64,000 nucleotides of DNA, taken from NCBI GenBank assembly GCA_963664435.2, contig CAXXKM010000003.1, positions 1,088,001-1,152,000 on the forward strand. The letters are read 5' to 3'. The notes under the pieces are model-generated. The model did not search any database and was not told the DNA's origin. It saw nothing but the letters and a program-made list of their open reading frames with translations. Made by a program: the position numbers and the translations under genes. Source of the stretch: Longimicrobiales bacterium (GTDB lineage Bacteria > Gemmatimonadota > Gemmatimonadetes > Longimicrobiales > Gaopeijiaceae). This document shows, piece after piece, positions 30,928 to 38,811 of this stretch (its first letter is position 1; the number at the start of each line of letters is the position of its first letter).

Positions 30928-31883
30928 GATGCCTTCCTCCACGCGCGCAGCCGCGCACTGCGGGCACGCGGATTCGCCGCGGTTTCCTCGGGCGCGGGCC
31001 GCACCGGACGGCGTACGAGCGTCGCTCCCGCGGCCCGGCCGGCGCAGACGCATACCGGCAACGCGGGGGGACATGTGCAGTCGCGGCTCCAATCCCGAAA
31101 CCGGTTCTTGACTTCGCGATCCTCGAGCGAGTGATAGGAGATCACCGCCATTCTTCCGCCCGCGGCCAGGGTGTGGCGCAGGGTGTCGAGGCCCTCCCGC
31201 AACGCTCCCCGCTCGTCGTTCACCTCCATGCGCAACGCCTGGAAGACACGCGCCTTGTCCCTTGGTGCCGGCGATCGTCGCATCGTGGCGCGCAGCGCAC
31301 CCATCAGGTCGTCGCTTACGGCGAACGGCCGCGTCCTCCGCCGGCGCACGATCCGGCGGGCCAGCCTGTGCGCCCCGCGGTGTTCGCCCAGCTCCCGAAA
31401 GACGCGCGCGAGGCGCCCTTCGTCGTACGTGTTGAGCACGTCGGCCGCGCTCCGGGTGTGCGCGTCGCTTCCGTCCATGCGCATGTCCAGCGGAACCCCG
31501 CGGCGGAAGGCGAACCCCCGCCGGTCGCGATCCAGCTGGCGAGAACTCACACCCAGGTCGAGCAGCACCCCGCTCACGGCGCCCTCCTCCAGTTCAGGGG
31601 CGCGCGCGGCGTTGCGGAAGTCGGAGAGAAGGAAGCGAACCCGGTCGCCGAAGGATTCGAGCGTCCGTTGCGCTTGCGCGAGCGCGCCCGGATCGCGGTC
31701 CACCGCGACCAGGTGGAGCCCGGGAGCCCGCTCCAGCATCGCGCGCGCGTGTCCTCCGCCTCCCACGGTGCCGTCCACGAACAGCCCCCCGCGCTCGGGT
31801 TCGAGAAGCGCGAGCACTTCCCGCACCAGCACCGGCGTGTGATAGCCCTGGGCGCCGGCATCATCGTCCGCTCGCCTCTGCAC
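30924..31883 (-). CDS. rsmH: 16S rRNA m4C1402 methyltransferase RsmH
   Basis: HTPVL, DGTVGGGGH, DLGVSS, HSLEDR, NPRARSA. Confidence 0.96.
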   Translation of the reverse strand: MQRRADDDAGAQGYHTPVLVREVLALLEPERGGLFVDGTVGGGGHARAMLERAPGLHLVAVDRDPGALAQAQRTLESFGDRVRFLLSDFRNAARAPELEEGAVSGVLLDLGVSSRQLDRDRRGFAFRRGVPLDMRMDGSDAHTRSAADVLNTYDEGRLARVFRELGEHRGAHRLARRIVRRRRTRPFAVSDDLMGALRATMRRSPAPRDKARVFQALRMEVNDERGALREGLDTLRHTLAAGGRMAVISYHSLEDREVKNRFRDWSRDCTCPPALPVCVCAGRAAGATLVRRPVRPAPEETAANPRARSARLRAWRKAS

Positions 31884-31890
31884 GCGCCGC

Positions 31891-32322
31891 TCATCCGAAG
31901 ATCTTGTGCATGAACTCGGAGGCGTCGGGCGCGCCGTCCTCGAGATGCGAATCGAAGAGTCCGGGATTCCAGATCTCGATCCGGTCCAGCGAGCCCACTA
32001 CGAGCACATCGCCTTCCAGTGAAGCCGCCTCCTGCAGCCATCCGGGAATCAGGAACCGGCCGACCTTGTCGGGCGTAACCTCGACCGCAAACGAGGTGAT
32101 TCGGCGAACGTACGCCGCCGCGCTGCGATCCGAGCGTCGGTATTCCATCAGGCGCTCCTGAATCTTCCCCCACGCCGTCCCGGGAAACAGGGTCAACGCG
32201 GAAGCCTGGTACTGGAGCAGCACGAGAGGTCCGTCCGCCGCCGCACGCCGGAACGGAACCGGCAGGCTCAGACGACCCTTGTCGTCGAGACGTTTCTCGT
32301 AGCGCCCCAGAAAACCGCTCAT
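31891..32322 (-). CDS. mraZ: Transcriptional regulator MraZ
   Basis: DDKGRL and DKVGRF repeats, IEIW; heads the dcw cluster. Confidence 0.95.
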   Translation of the reverse strand: MSGFLGRYEKRLDDKGRLSLPVPFRRAAADGPLVLLQYQASALTLFPGTAWGKIQERLMEYRRSDRSAAAYVRRITSFAVEVTPDKVGRFLIPGWLQEAASLEGDVLVVGSLDRIEIWNPGLFDSHLEDGAPDASEFMHKIFG

Positions 32323-32325
32323 CAG

Positions 32326-32370
32326 GTGGTCGATTGTGGGTTAAAGTGGACGATTGTGGAGAATAGGGGA
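32326..32370. promoter_or_regulatory. Putative MraZ operator: five G(T/G)GGN boxes at 10-bp spacing
   Basis: GTGGT, GTGGG, GTGGA, GTGGA, GGGGA at 32326/36/46/56/66, directly upstream of mraZ; resembles known MraZ direct repeats. Confidence 0.8.
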
Positions 32371-32515
32371 GAACATAAGGAAGGCAATGGCCAACGCGCA
32401 AGCCCGGGGGGCGGACCAAATCGGACGGGGGTCGGAGCGGCTGTGGAGTGTGCCTCGCAGCTCGCCAGGAGCGGCCGGTACCGTGCGCAGTGAGGCACCG
32501 TCCTGAATTCCGGGC

Positions 32516-32550
32516 AAAAGAAAAGCGCCGCGGACGCATCCGCGGCGCTT
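32516..32550 (-). terminator. Rho-independent terminator after the TPR gene
   Basis: 12-bp stem AAGCGCCGCGGA/TCCGCGGCGCTT followed by a U-rich tract on the minus strand. Confidence 0.8.
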
Positions 32551-32574
32551 CGGCTACCGAGGGTGGGACTGGCG

Positions 32575-34311
32575 CTACTCGCCGCCCCCGCGCCTGATGA
32601 TGGCGTCCTGGATCTCGACGTAGGTCTGCGCCGCCCCGAGAATCTCGGCGAGGTTGATCGACTCCACCGTAGCGGCGTAAGCACGGCCGAGCTCAAACAG
32701 CTGGAGGGCTTGCTGGAAGATCGGCAGTGACTGGCGGGCGGAATCGATGGTGCTGGGTGCCTGAAGCGCAAGGCCGTGGTTGTAGAGCGACCATCCGTGC
32801 CAGAAGTTCAACTGCGAACTCATGGTCTCCGAGACTTCGAACTCGTTCTTGGTCCTCTCCAGCAGCGAGATGGCGTAGGTCCAGTTGGTGTTCTGAACGC
32901 CGTCATTGTACGCCTTGCCGAACACCAGGCCCGCCATAATGTCGGCGGGCTGTTCGCCGCGCTCCACGGCCTCCTTCAGGAACCCGATGGCCGCATCGAC
33001 CTCATCGGCCTCAAGAAGCCAGCTTCCCTGGCGGGCGGACAGGTTCGCGTAGTCGGGGTCGACTCTCTTCGCGCTCTCGATCGCCGCAATCGCCTCTTCC
33101 AGACGATCGTTGCGCTGCAGAGCGTCGGCCAGCTGCGACCATAGCGCGGCTTCCTCGGGATGGACCTCCACCGCGCGCTGCGCGAAGTCGATGGCCGTCG
33201 GATCGCCGAGCTGCATGTAGGCCCTGATGACGTTGATCAGCTGGGCGGGGGTGGTCTCCGCGCCACGGGTGTCCAGGACGCGCGTATAGGCTTCGATGGC
33301 CCTCCGGTACAGCCGCTCGACTTCCGGAGTGGGCTCACTCTGGCCCTCCATGGCCTGTCCGGCCGCAGTGAAGGCGAACCCTCCGAGCTGCTCCCAGAGG
33401 TCGTCGTTGGTATCATCCATCGCGACGCCTTCCTCGATCAGGATCATCGCGCCCTCGGCGTTTCCGGCGGTCGCGAGGTCATACGCCACGCGCATGCGCA
33501 CGGCGGCGCTTCCCGGGTTGAGTTCGAGGTAGGCGGTGTAGTGTCGCAGGGACTCCTCTTTCATGCCGAATTCGGCGGAGAGCATCCCGGCGAACTGGAG
33601 CGCGTTCTCGTTGAACGGGTTGAGGTCGAGGACCCGCAGCATTTCGTCGAGCCCCTCCTGACGATCCCCCAGCTCCATCACGGACCGGGCGCGGGCGTAG
33701 CGCGACCCCTCGGAACCGGGGTTCCCCTCGATCGCCCGGTTGCAGTTCTCGAGGGCGTTGGCCCACTGCTGGCTGCCGAAGTACTCCTGGCAGATGGCCG
33801 CAAAGCGCAACTGTTCCACGTACTCGTCGAAAACGTCGAAGATGTGTTCCGCGGCGAGCTCGTCGCCGTCGTCATCCGGAACGGTGAAGTCGTCTACCGT
33901 GAACGTCTCCCCCGACGCGACGCTCACGAACGAGATGTTGGTCAGGGTCCAGTCGTCCTGCCCCTCCGTGTAGTTCGCGCACATGACCAGCTCGGCGTTG
34001 ATCTGGGTCGCGAGCTGGCGCGAGCGGATGCAGTTCAGGTCGTCGCGATCGATGTCGAACTGACGCATCGCGTCGCGGATGTCGTTGCGCTCGACCGGCT
34101 CGTGGGTGGGCAGCTGGTTGATGAGGTCCCGAAGCTCCTCGGCCACGTCCTCTCCGAAGCCCCGGCCGGTGTCCTCCCCCGGGAAGAGGTCGGGGATCAT
34201 GACCCTGAAGCGTCCCTGCACTTCCTGTTGCGCCGACGCGAGCGCCGGCAGGAACAGGAACGTCACAAGCAACGCGACTCCCAGCCGGGGAATTGCCAAC
34301 CTGAAGAACAT
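32575..34311 (-). CDS. Secreted tetratricopeptide-repeat protein
   Basis: Signal peptide (ASA-QQ), multiple TPR-like helical repeats, GGAG RBS. Confidence 0.8.
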   Translation of the reverse strand: MFFRLAIPRLGVALLVTFLFLPALASAQQEVQGRFRVMIPDLFPGEDTGRGFGEDVAEELRDLINQLPTHEPVERNDIRDAMRQFDIDRDDLNCIRSRQLATQINAELVMCANYTEGQDDWTLTNISFVSVASGETFTVDDFTVPDDDGDELAAEHIFDVFDEYVEQLRFAAICQEYFGSQQWANALENCNRAIEGNPGSEGSRYARARSVMELGDRQEGLDEMLRVLDLNPFNENALQFAGMLSAEFGMKEESLRHYTAYLELNPGSAAVRMRVAYDLATAGNAEGAMILIEEGVAMDDTNDDLWEQLGGFAFTAAGQAMEGQSEPTPEVERLYRRAIEAYTRVLDTRGAETTPAQLINVIRAYMQLGDPTAIDFAQRAVEVHPEEAALWSQLADALQRNDRLEEAIAAIESAKRVDPDYANLSARQGSWLLEADEVDAAIGFLKEAVERGEQPADIMAGLVFGKAYNDGVQNTNWTYAISLLERTKNEFEVSETMSSQLNFWHGWSLYNHGLALQAPSTIDSARQSLPIFQQALQLFELGRAYAATVESINLAEILGAAQTYVEIQDAIIRRGGGE

Positions 34312-34495
34312 CGCTCCTAACTCCGCCAAGGTTACCGGGAAAGCTATGCAAACTATACCCACGCGCGGGACACGGTCAACCGACCCCGGAATACAATGGG
34401 GGCGGCGACCCGCAACGCGTCAAGAGCGAGCCGGGTTGGCCATGGAGCGCTGTAAGCTCGGCGTCCGGTTTTTCCTCGTAACCCGGGCGGACGGG

Positions 34496-34918
34496 TCAGG
34501 ATCCCCGACGCGCGGGAAGCGGGCCTTCATGGGCGCGGATGCGTTCCGCGAGGTCGGGCGAAATCCGCTGGCTGACGCCGGCGGCATAGTCGTACATCAC
34601 CTGCACGGTGCTGCCCGACACCAGCAGCCGTCCCTCGCCCGATCTCACTTCGTACTCCATTACGAAATGCTTCTTGCCGAGAACGGATACTCGAGTGCCC
34701 ACGGTGAGGCGGTCGGGGTACAGAACCCGCGCGTGATATCGGATGCGGGCCTCGGCCAGGATGTAGTCCACCTCCTCCGGCGTCCGGCGCCCGGCAACCT
34801 CCTGCCAGTAGGCGGCGCGTGCCTCCTCGAGGTAGCAGAGCGCCTTGGAGTGATGGGCATGGCCGCCCACGTCGATGTCCTGGAATCGGACCTGGACCGG
34901 GTGCTGGAAGCGAAACAC
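34496..34918 (-). CDS. Acyl-CoA thioesterase (4HBT/YbgC family)
   Basis: VRFQDIDVGGHAHH...YLEEAR hot-dog motif. Confidence 0.85.
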   Translation of the reverse strand: MFRFQHPVQVRFQDIDVGGHAHHSKALCYLEEARAAYWQEVAGRRTPEEVDYILAEARIRYHARVLYPDRLTVGTRVSVLGKKHFVMEYEVRSGEGRLLVSGSTVQVMYDYAAGVSQRISPDLAERIRAHEGPLPARRGS

Positions 34919-34952
34919 TCGGCGTCAGCGGCTCCGGCGGACCGCGGACGCG

Positions 34953-34987
34953 AAAATCCCCGGCCCGGCGACCTTCCGGGCCGGGGA
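34953..34987 (-). terminator. GC hairpin, probable terminator after the DUF4097 gene
   Basis: TCCCCGGCCCGG/CCGGGCCGGGGA stem followed by TTTT on the minus strand. Confidence 0.6.
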
Positions 34988-35000
34988 CGGCACTTCGGTG

Positions 35001-36089
35001 TCAGCGACCCAGAACGCGGATGGATCCCGAACCCGTGTCGACCACGATGCTGCCCTGGCCGTCACCGATGGTGCCGCGCACATAGGACCGCCTCCGGGTG
35101 CTATCATCGATCGGAACCTCCACGTCGATCGAGCCACTGCCCGTGTCCGCCTCGAACCGCGCGCCCAGGTCGCCAGGGACGCGCAGTGTCACGCCGCCGG
35201 ATCCGGTGTCCACCTCCAGACGCTCGACGTCGGCGGCCAGATCCACTTCCACGCTGCCGCTGCCGGTGTCCACCATGATGTCCGGCGCCTCCACGGCCAG
35301 CAAGGTAATGCGACCCGACCCGGTGTCCACCTCCACCGATTCCGACCGGACGTCCGAGACGCGCACGCTGCCGCTGCCGGTGTCGACGAGGACGCGGTCA
35401 CCGGCCACCCCGTCCACTGTGACATTTCCGGAGCCGGTATCGACGTTCAGATCCCCGATCGCGCCCGCGACCCGCACCGATCCCGACCCGGTGTCTATGA
35501 TCAGCGCCCCGGAGGTGCCCGCGGACTCGACCGATCCCGACTGGGTATCGAGTACCAGGCTTCCTTCGACATCGCGCACATCCGTCGCGCCCGCTCCCAG
35601 GTACAGCGAGAAGCGTTGGCCGGGGGGCACTGCGATCGTCAGGTCGGCCCAGGCCTCGAGCCCGCTTCCCGAACTGCGGATGTCCACCCTGTCGCCCCGC
35701 AGGAACGAGCCGTGGCCGAAGGTCCCGTCGCTCCGGACCCGGACTCCGGTTCGGGAGTTTCCGCCCATGTCCCCGTAGACGATGCGGTCGGAGGGATAGC
35801 GCACGCGGAGGGTCTGGGCGCCTCGAATCTCCCCGGACTCGACGCTCAGGCTCTGCGCGTCCGCGCCCCTCGGCTCGACGCTCACGACCACCTCGCTGCC
35901 GGTTCCCGGCACGACGCTCACCGTGCCCGCCAGGTTGTACACCGCGACATGGTCGCCCGCAATCCGGTATTCCTGTGGTGGCGCCTGCACCGCCGTTCCT
36001 TCCATCGCCGACAGGGCGACCACGGCCGCCAGCATCGCCCCTCCGGCCCAGATGAGCCCCGTTTTCCTCTGCATCGCTGTTCCCGTCAT
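35001..36089 (-). CDS. Secreted DUF4097-like beta-strand repeat protein
   Basis: Signal peptide, repeated VDTGSG(S/N/R/G) units, GGAGG RBS. Confidence 0.8.
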   Translation of the reverse strand: MTGTAMQRKTGLIWAGGAMLAAVVALSAMEGTAVQAPPQEYRIAGDHVAVYNLAGTVSVVPGTGSEVVVSVEPRGADAQSLSVESGEIRGAQTLRVRYPSDRIVYGDMGGNSRTGVRVRSDGTFGHGSFLRGDRVDIRSSGSGLEAWADLTIAVPPGQRFSLYLGAGATDVRDVEGSLVLDTQSGSVESAGTSGALIIDTGSGSVRVAGAIGDLNVDTGSGNVTVDGVAGDRVLVDTGSGSVRVSDVRSESVEVDTGSGRITLLAVEAPDIMVDTGSGSVEVDLAADVERLEVDTGSGGVTLRVPGDLGARFEADTGSGSIDVEVPIDDSTRRRSYVRGTIGDGQGSIVVDTGSGSIRVLGR

Positions 36090-36295
36090 CGATGTCCTCC
36101 GTGGTTTCAATGCCGGCGGCTTCTGAAGCGACCGGCAGCTGCACAAGGGATGGCCGCGCGTCCGACATGGCGCGGCGCGCACATGCGCCCGTCCCGTCGA
36201 AGCGCATGGGCCCCTACGCGCGAGACGGCGGGAAGTTTTGCCGCGCGGGGATTCATCCTGATAGCCGGCCGGCCGACCGGTGACCCAGCCGTCCG

Positions 36296-37882
36296 TCAGT
36301 CGTCCGCGAGCGTCAGCGGCCCGGACTTCGGGGGCGTCCAGGCGAAGACGCGCCGCATGAGCTTCTCCGCGTGCGGCGGGATCCCGTCGAAGCGTGTTTC
36401 CACCCCCGCGTCGCGCGCCTGCTGGATGATGCGCTCGATGAGGAGGGCGCCGGTAAAGTCCAGGCGGCCCACCCCGTTCAGGTGGAAGACGAGTTCACGC
36501 AGGTCCCCCACCTCCGCGAAGGCGCGGGCTACCGCCTTCTCCAGGATGGGGGCCGATCCGAACCAGAGCACGCCCCGCGGCGCCAGGTGCAGCGCGCCGT
36601 CCGCGGTCCACAGGGACAGCCTCATCTTGCGTTCCCGCCAGAGGTGGACCGCAAGCGAAAGCACCACGCCCACCAGCACGGCTTCCTCGACCCGGGGAAC
36701 CAGGAGGAGGGTCAGGACGAAGGTCGCCCATCCGACCATCGCCTGCAGGCGTGAGAATCTCCAGATCCGAACCAGGTCTCCCACCCGAACCAGGGTCGCC
36801 ACCGCGGTGATGACGATGGCGGCCAGCACCGCCCGTGGAAGCGGCGCCAGCACCGAGGCGAACGGCAGGAAGAGCAGCACCGCCACCCCGCTCGCCGCCC
36901 CGCTCCAGCGCGTGCGCGCGCCGGCGGAGCGGTTGAGGCTGGAGCGGCTGAAGGAACCCTCGACGGGGAATCCGCCGGAGAGTCCGGAGATGACGTTGGC
37001 AACCCCCTGGCTGACGAATTCCCGGTTCGGATCCCAGGGCGTGCGATCCTGCGCCGCAAACGTCTGGCTGATGGAGGTGGTCTCGGCGAAGCCCACCACC
37101 GCAATCACCAGCCCGGGAACGAGCAGAGACGGCAGCTGCAGCCAGGGAAGCTCCTGCGCGCCCGGAATGCCGCCACCGGGGATCTCCCCCAGCACGGATC
37201 CTCCGTACTGGGTGGCCGTCGAGATGAACAGCGCCAGCGCGGTCGCGAAGAGGACGCCCGGCAGGCTGGGGTTGATTCGGCGCGCGCCCATGATGACCAC
37301 CACGGCCATCGCGGCGAAACCGATGCTCGAGGGCTGCCACAGGCCGGGTTGGGTCACCGCCCGGAGCGCCTGGCCCACCACCCCCTCCCCGGGCCCGCTC
37401 ACGCCGAGAGCGGTCGGCACCTGGGAGAGGACGATGAGGATCGCCGCCGCCGAGGTGAAGCCCTGGATGACGGGCTGGGACATCAGGTAGGCGACGCCGC
37501 CCGCGCGCAGGAGGCCGATCAGGAGACGTGCCGCCCCCACGACCAGGGCCAGCAGCGCGGCGAGCCCCACGTATTCGACGCTGCCGCGCTCGGCCATGGG
37601 GATCAGAGCGCCGAAGGTGAGCAGCGCGCTCAAGGCGACCGGACCGGTATGCAGGTACGGCGAGGAGGCGAAGAGCGCGGCGCCGATGGGCGGGAGGGCC
37701 GCGGCGTAGAGGCCGTAGTGGGCGGGCAACCCGGCCAGCTCCGCGTACGCCATCGACTGGGGGATCAGGATGAGCGCGACGCTGACCCCCGCGATCACGT
37801 CGCGCCGCAGGACCTCGCCACGCGTCTCCCCGGCCTTCTGCCCCGGGTGTGCCCGAGGTTTCGGTTGCCCCGGGCGGCTCAC
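36296..37882 (-). CDS. SulP-family anion permease with STAS domain
   Basis: DVIAGVSVALILIPQSMAYA, GSFSRS, C-terminal STAS (LDFTG). Confidence 0.92.
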   Translation of the reverse strand: MSRPGQPKPRAHPGQKAGETRGEVLRRDVIAGVSVALILIPQSMAYAELAGLPAHYGLYAAALPPIGAALFASSPYLHTGPVALSALLTFGALIPMAERGSVEYVGLAALLALVVGAARLLIGLLRAGGVAYLMSQPVIQGFTSAAAILIVLSQVPTALGVSGPGEGVVGQALRAVTQPGLWQPSSIGFAAMAVVVIMGARRINPSLPGVLFATALALFISTATQYGGSVLGEIPGGGIPGAQELPWLQLPSLLVPGLVIAVVGFAETTSISQTFAAQDRTPWDPNREFVSQGVANVISGLSGGFPVEGSFSRSSLNRSAGARTRWSGAASGVAVLLFLPFASVLAPLPRAVLAAIVITAVATLVRVGDLVRIWRFSRLQAMVGWATFVLTLLLVPRVEEAVLVGVVLSLAVHLWRERKMRLSLWTADGALHLAPRGVLWFGSAPILEKAVARAFAEVGDLRELVFHLNGVGRLDFTGALLIERIIQQARDAGVETRFDGIPPHAEKLMRRVFAWTPPKSGPLTLADD

Positions 37883-38805
37883 CTGGACCCTGCCGCGGTC
37901 GGGCGCGCCGGCGGCTCCCCGCCGCGCGAGGACGGGGCGACCCGGTCGCCCTCCCGGGCTTCACGTGCCAGCTCGACCAGGAGCCGGTGGGCGGCATCCG
38001 CCCTGGACGTCCAGAAGCGGGAAACGACTTCGGCCTCCGCGCGGTAGCGCTCGTGCACTCCGCGCCAGCGCGCCGCCTCCTGGCCCAGCCAGTCGAGCGC
38101 GGCGTCGGGATTCGAGGAGAGCAGCGCCTTCAGGACGAACCGGCGCTCGCCCGCGCGTCGCCCGAGCCCCAGTTCGTCGGCGCAACGCGCCAGATCGGCG
38201 CGCGTGAGGAGCATGCCGGTGCGCACGGGCGCAGTCAGCTGACGCAGGAAGACATCTCCCCCGCTGGTGCGCGGATCTTCGAGGAGAGGCGCCTCGCGCA
38301 GGTGCAGCGGCAGTCGGTCCGGCGGTCCCAGTTCGGCGGCTTCCGAGACAAGGGCGGCGCGCAGGAGCTCGGACCAGCGCCGATAGAAGAGAGGAGCGAC
38401 TTCGGACACGGCGTGCAGGTAGGGCAGCAGCCACGGGAGCAGATGTTCCCAGAGGAGGGCCTTGCGGCTCTCCCGGCGCAGCACCCGGCCCGGCCCGGCC
38501 GGCTCCCGGGCCTCGGCGTCCGAGAGCCCCGCGTACAGGCCCAGCAACGCCGTCAGGTGATCCGGTTCGTCGGGAGCCTCCCGGCCCAGCGCGCGCCAGA
38601 AGCCCGCCACCCGGTCGGCGGCCTCACCACCCAGCATTCCGTCCGCGCCGACGTGGAACGAGGCGAACGGGTACAGCTGGAAGAGGAAGAGTCCGGTGTG
38701 GTCGGCTGGCCGCGGGGGATCCGGCAGGCCGAGGGCGCGGGCGATGGGGGCGTGCGCGGGGTGCGGAGGCTCGGCCAGCGTCGCCAGCGCGCGGATGAGC
38801 TCCAC
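37879..38805 (-). CDS. TorD/DmsD-family molybdoenzyme maturation chaperone
   Basis: YPFAS, EPDHLTALL and EHLLPW motifs; adjacent to the Mo enzyme gene. Confidence 0.8.
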   Translation of the reverse strand: MELIRALATLAEPPHPAHAPIARALGLPDPPRPADHTGLFLFQLYPFASFHVGADGMLGGEAADRVAGFWRALGREAPDEPDHLTALLGLYAGLSDAEAREPAGPGRVLRRESRKALLWEHLLPWLLPYLHAVSEVAPLFYRRWSELLRAALVSEAAELGPPDRLPLHLREAPLLEDPRTSGGDVFLRQLTAPVRTGMLLTRADLARCADELGLGRRAGERRFVLKALLSSNPDAALDWLGQEAARWRGVHERYRAEAEVVSRFWTSRADAAHRLLVELAREAREGDRVAPSSRGGEPPARPTAAGSR

Positions 38806-38811
38806 AGGCTG

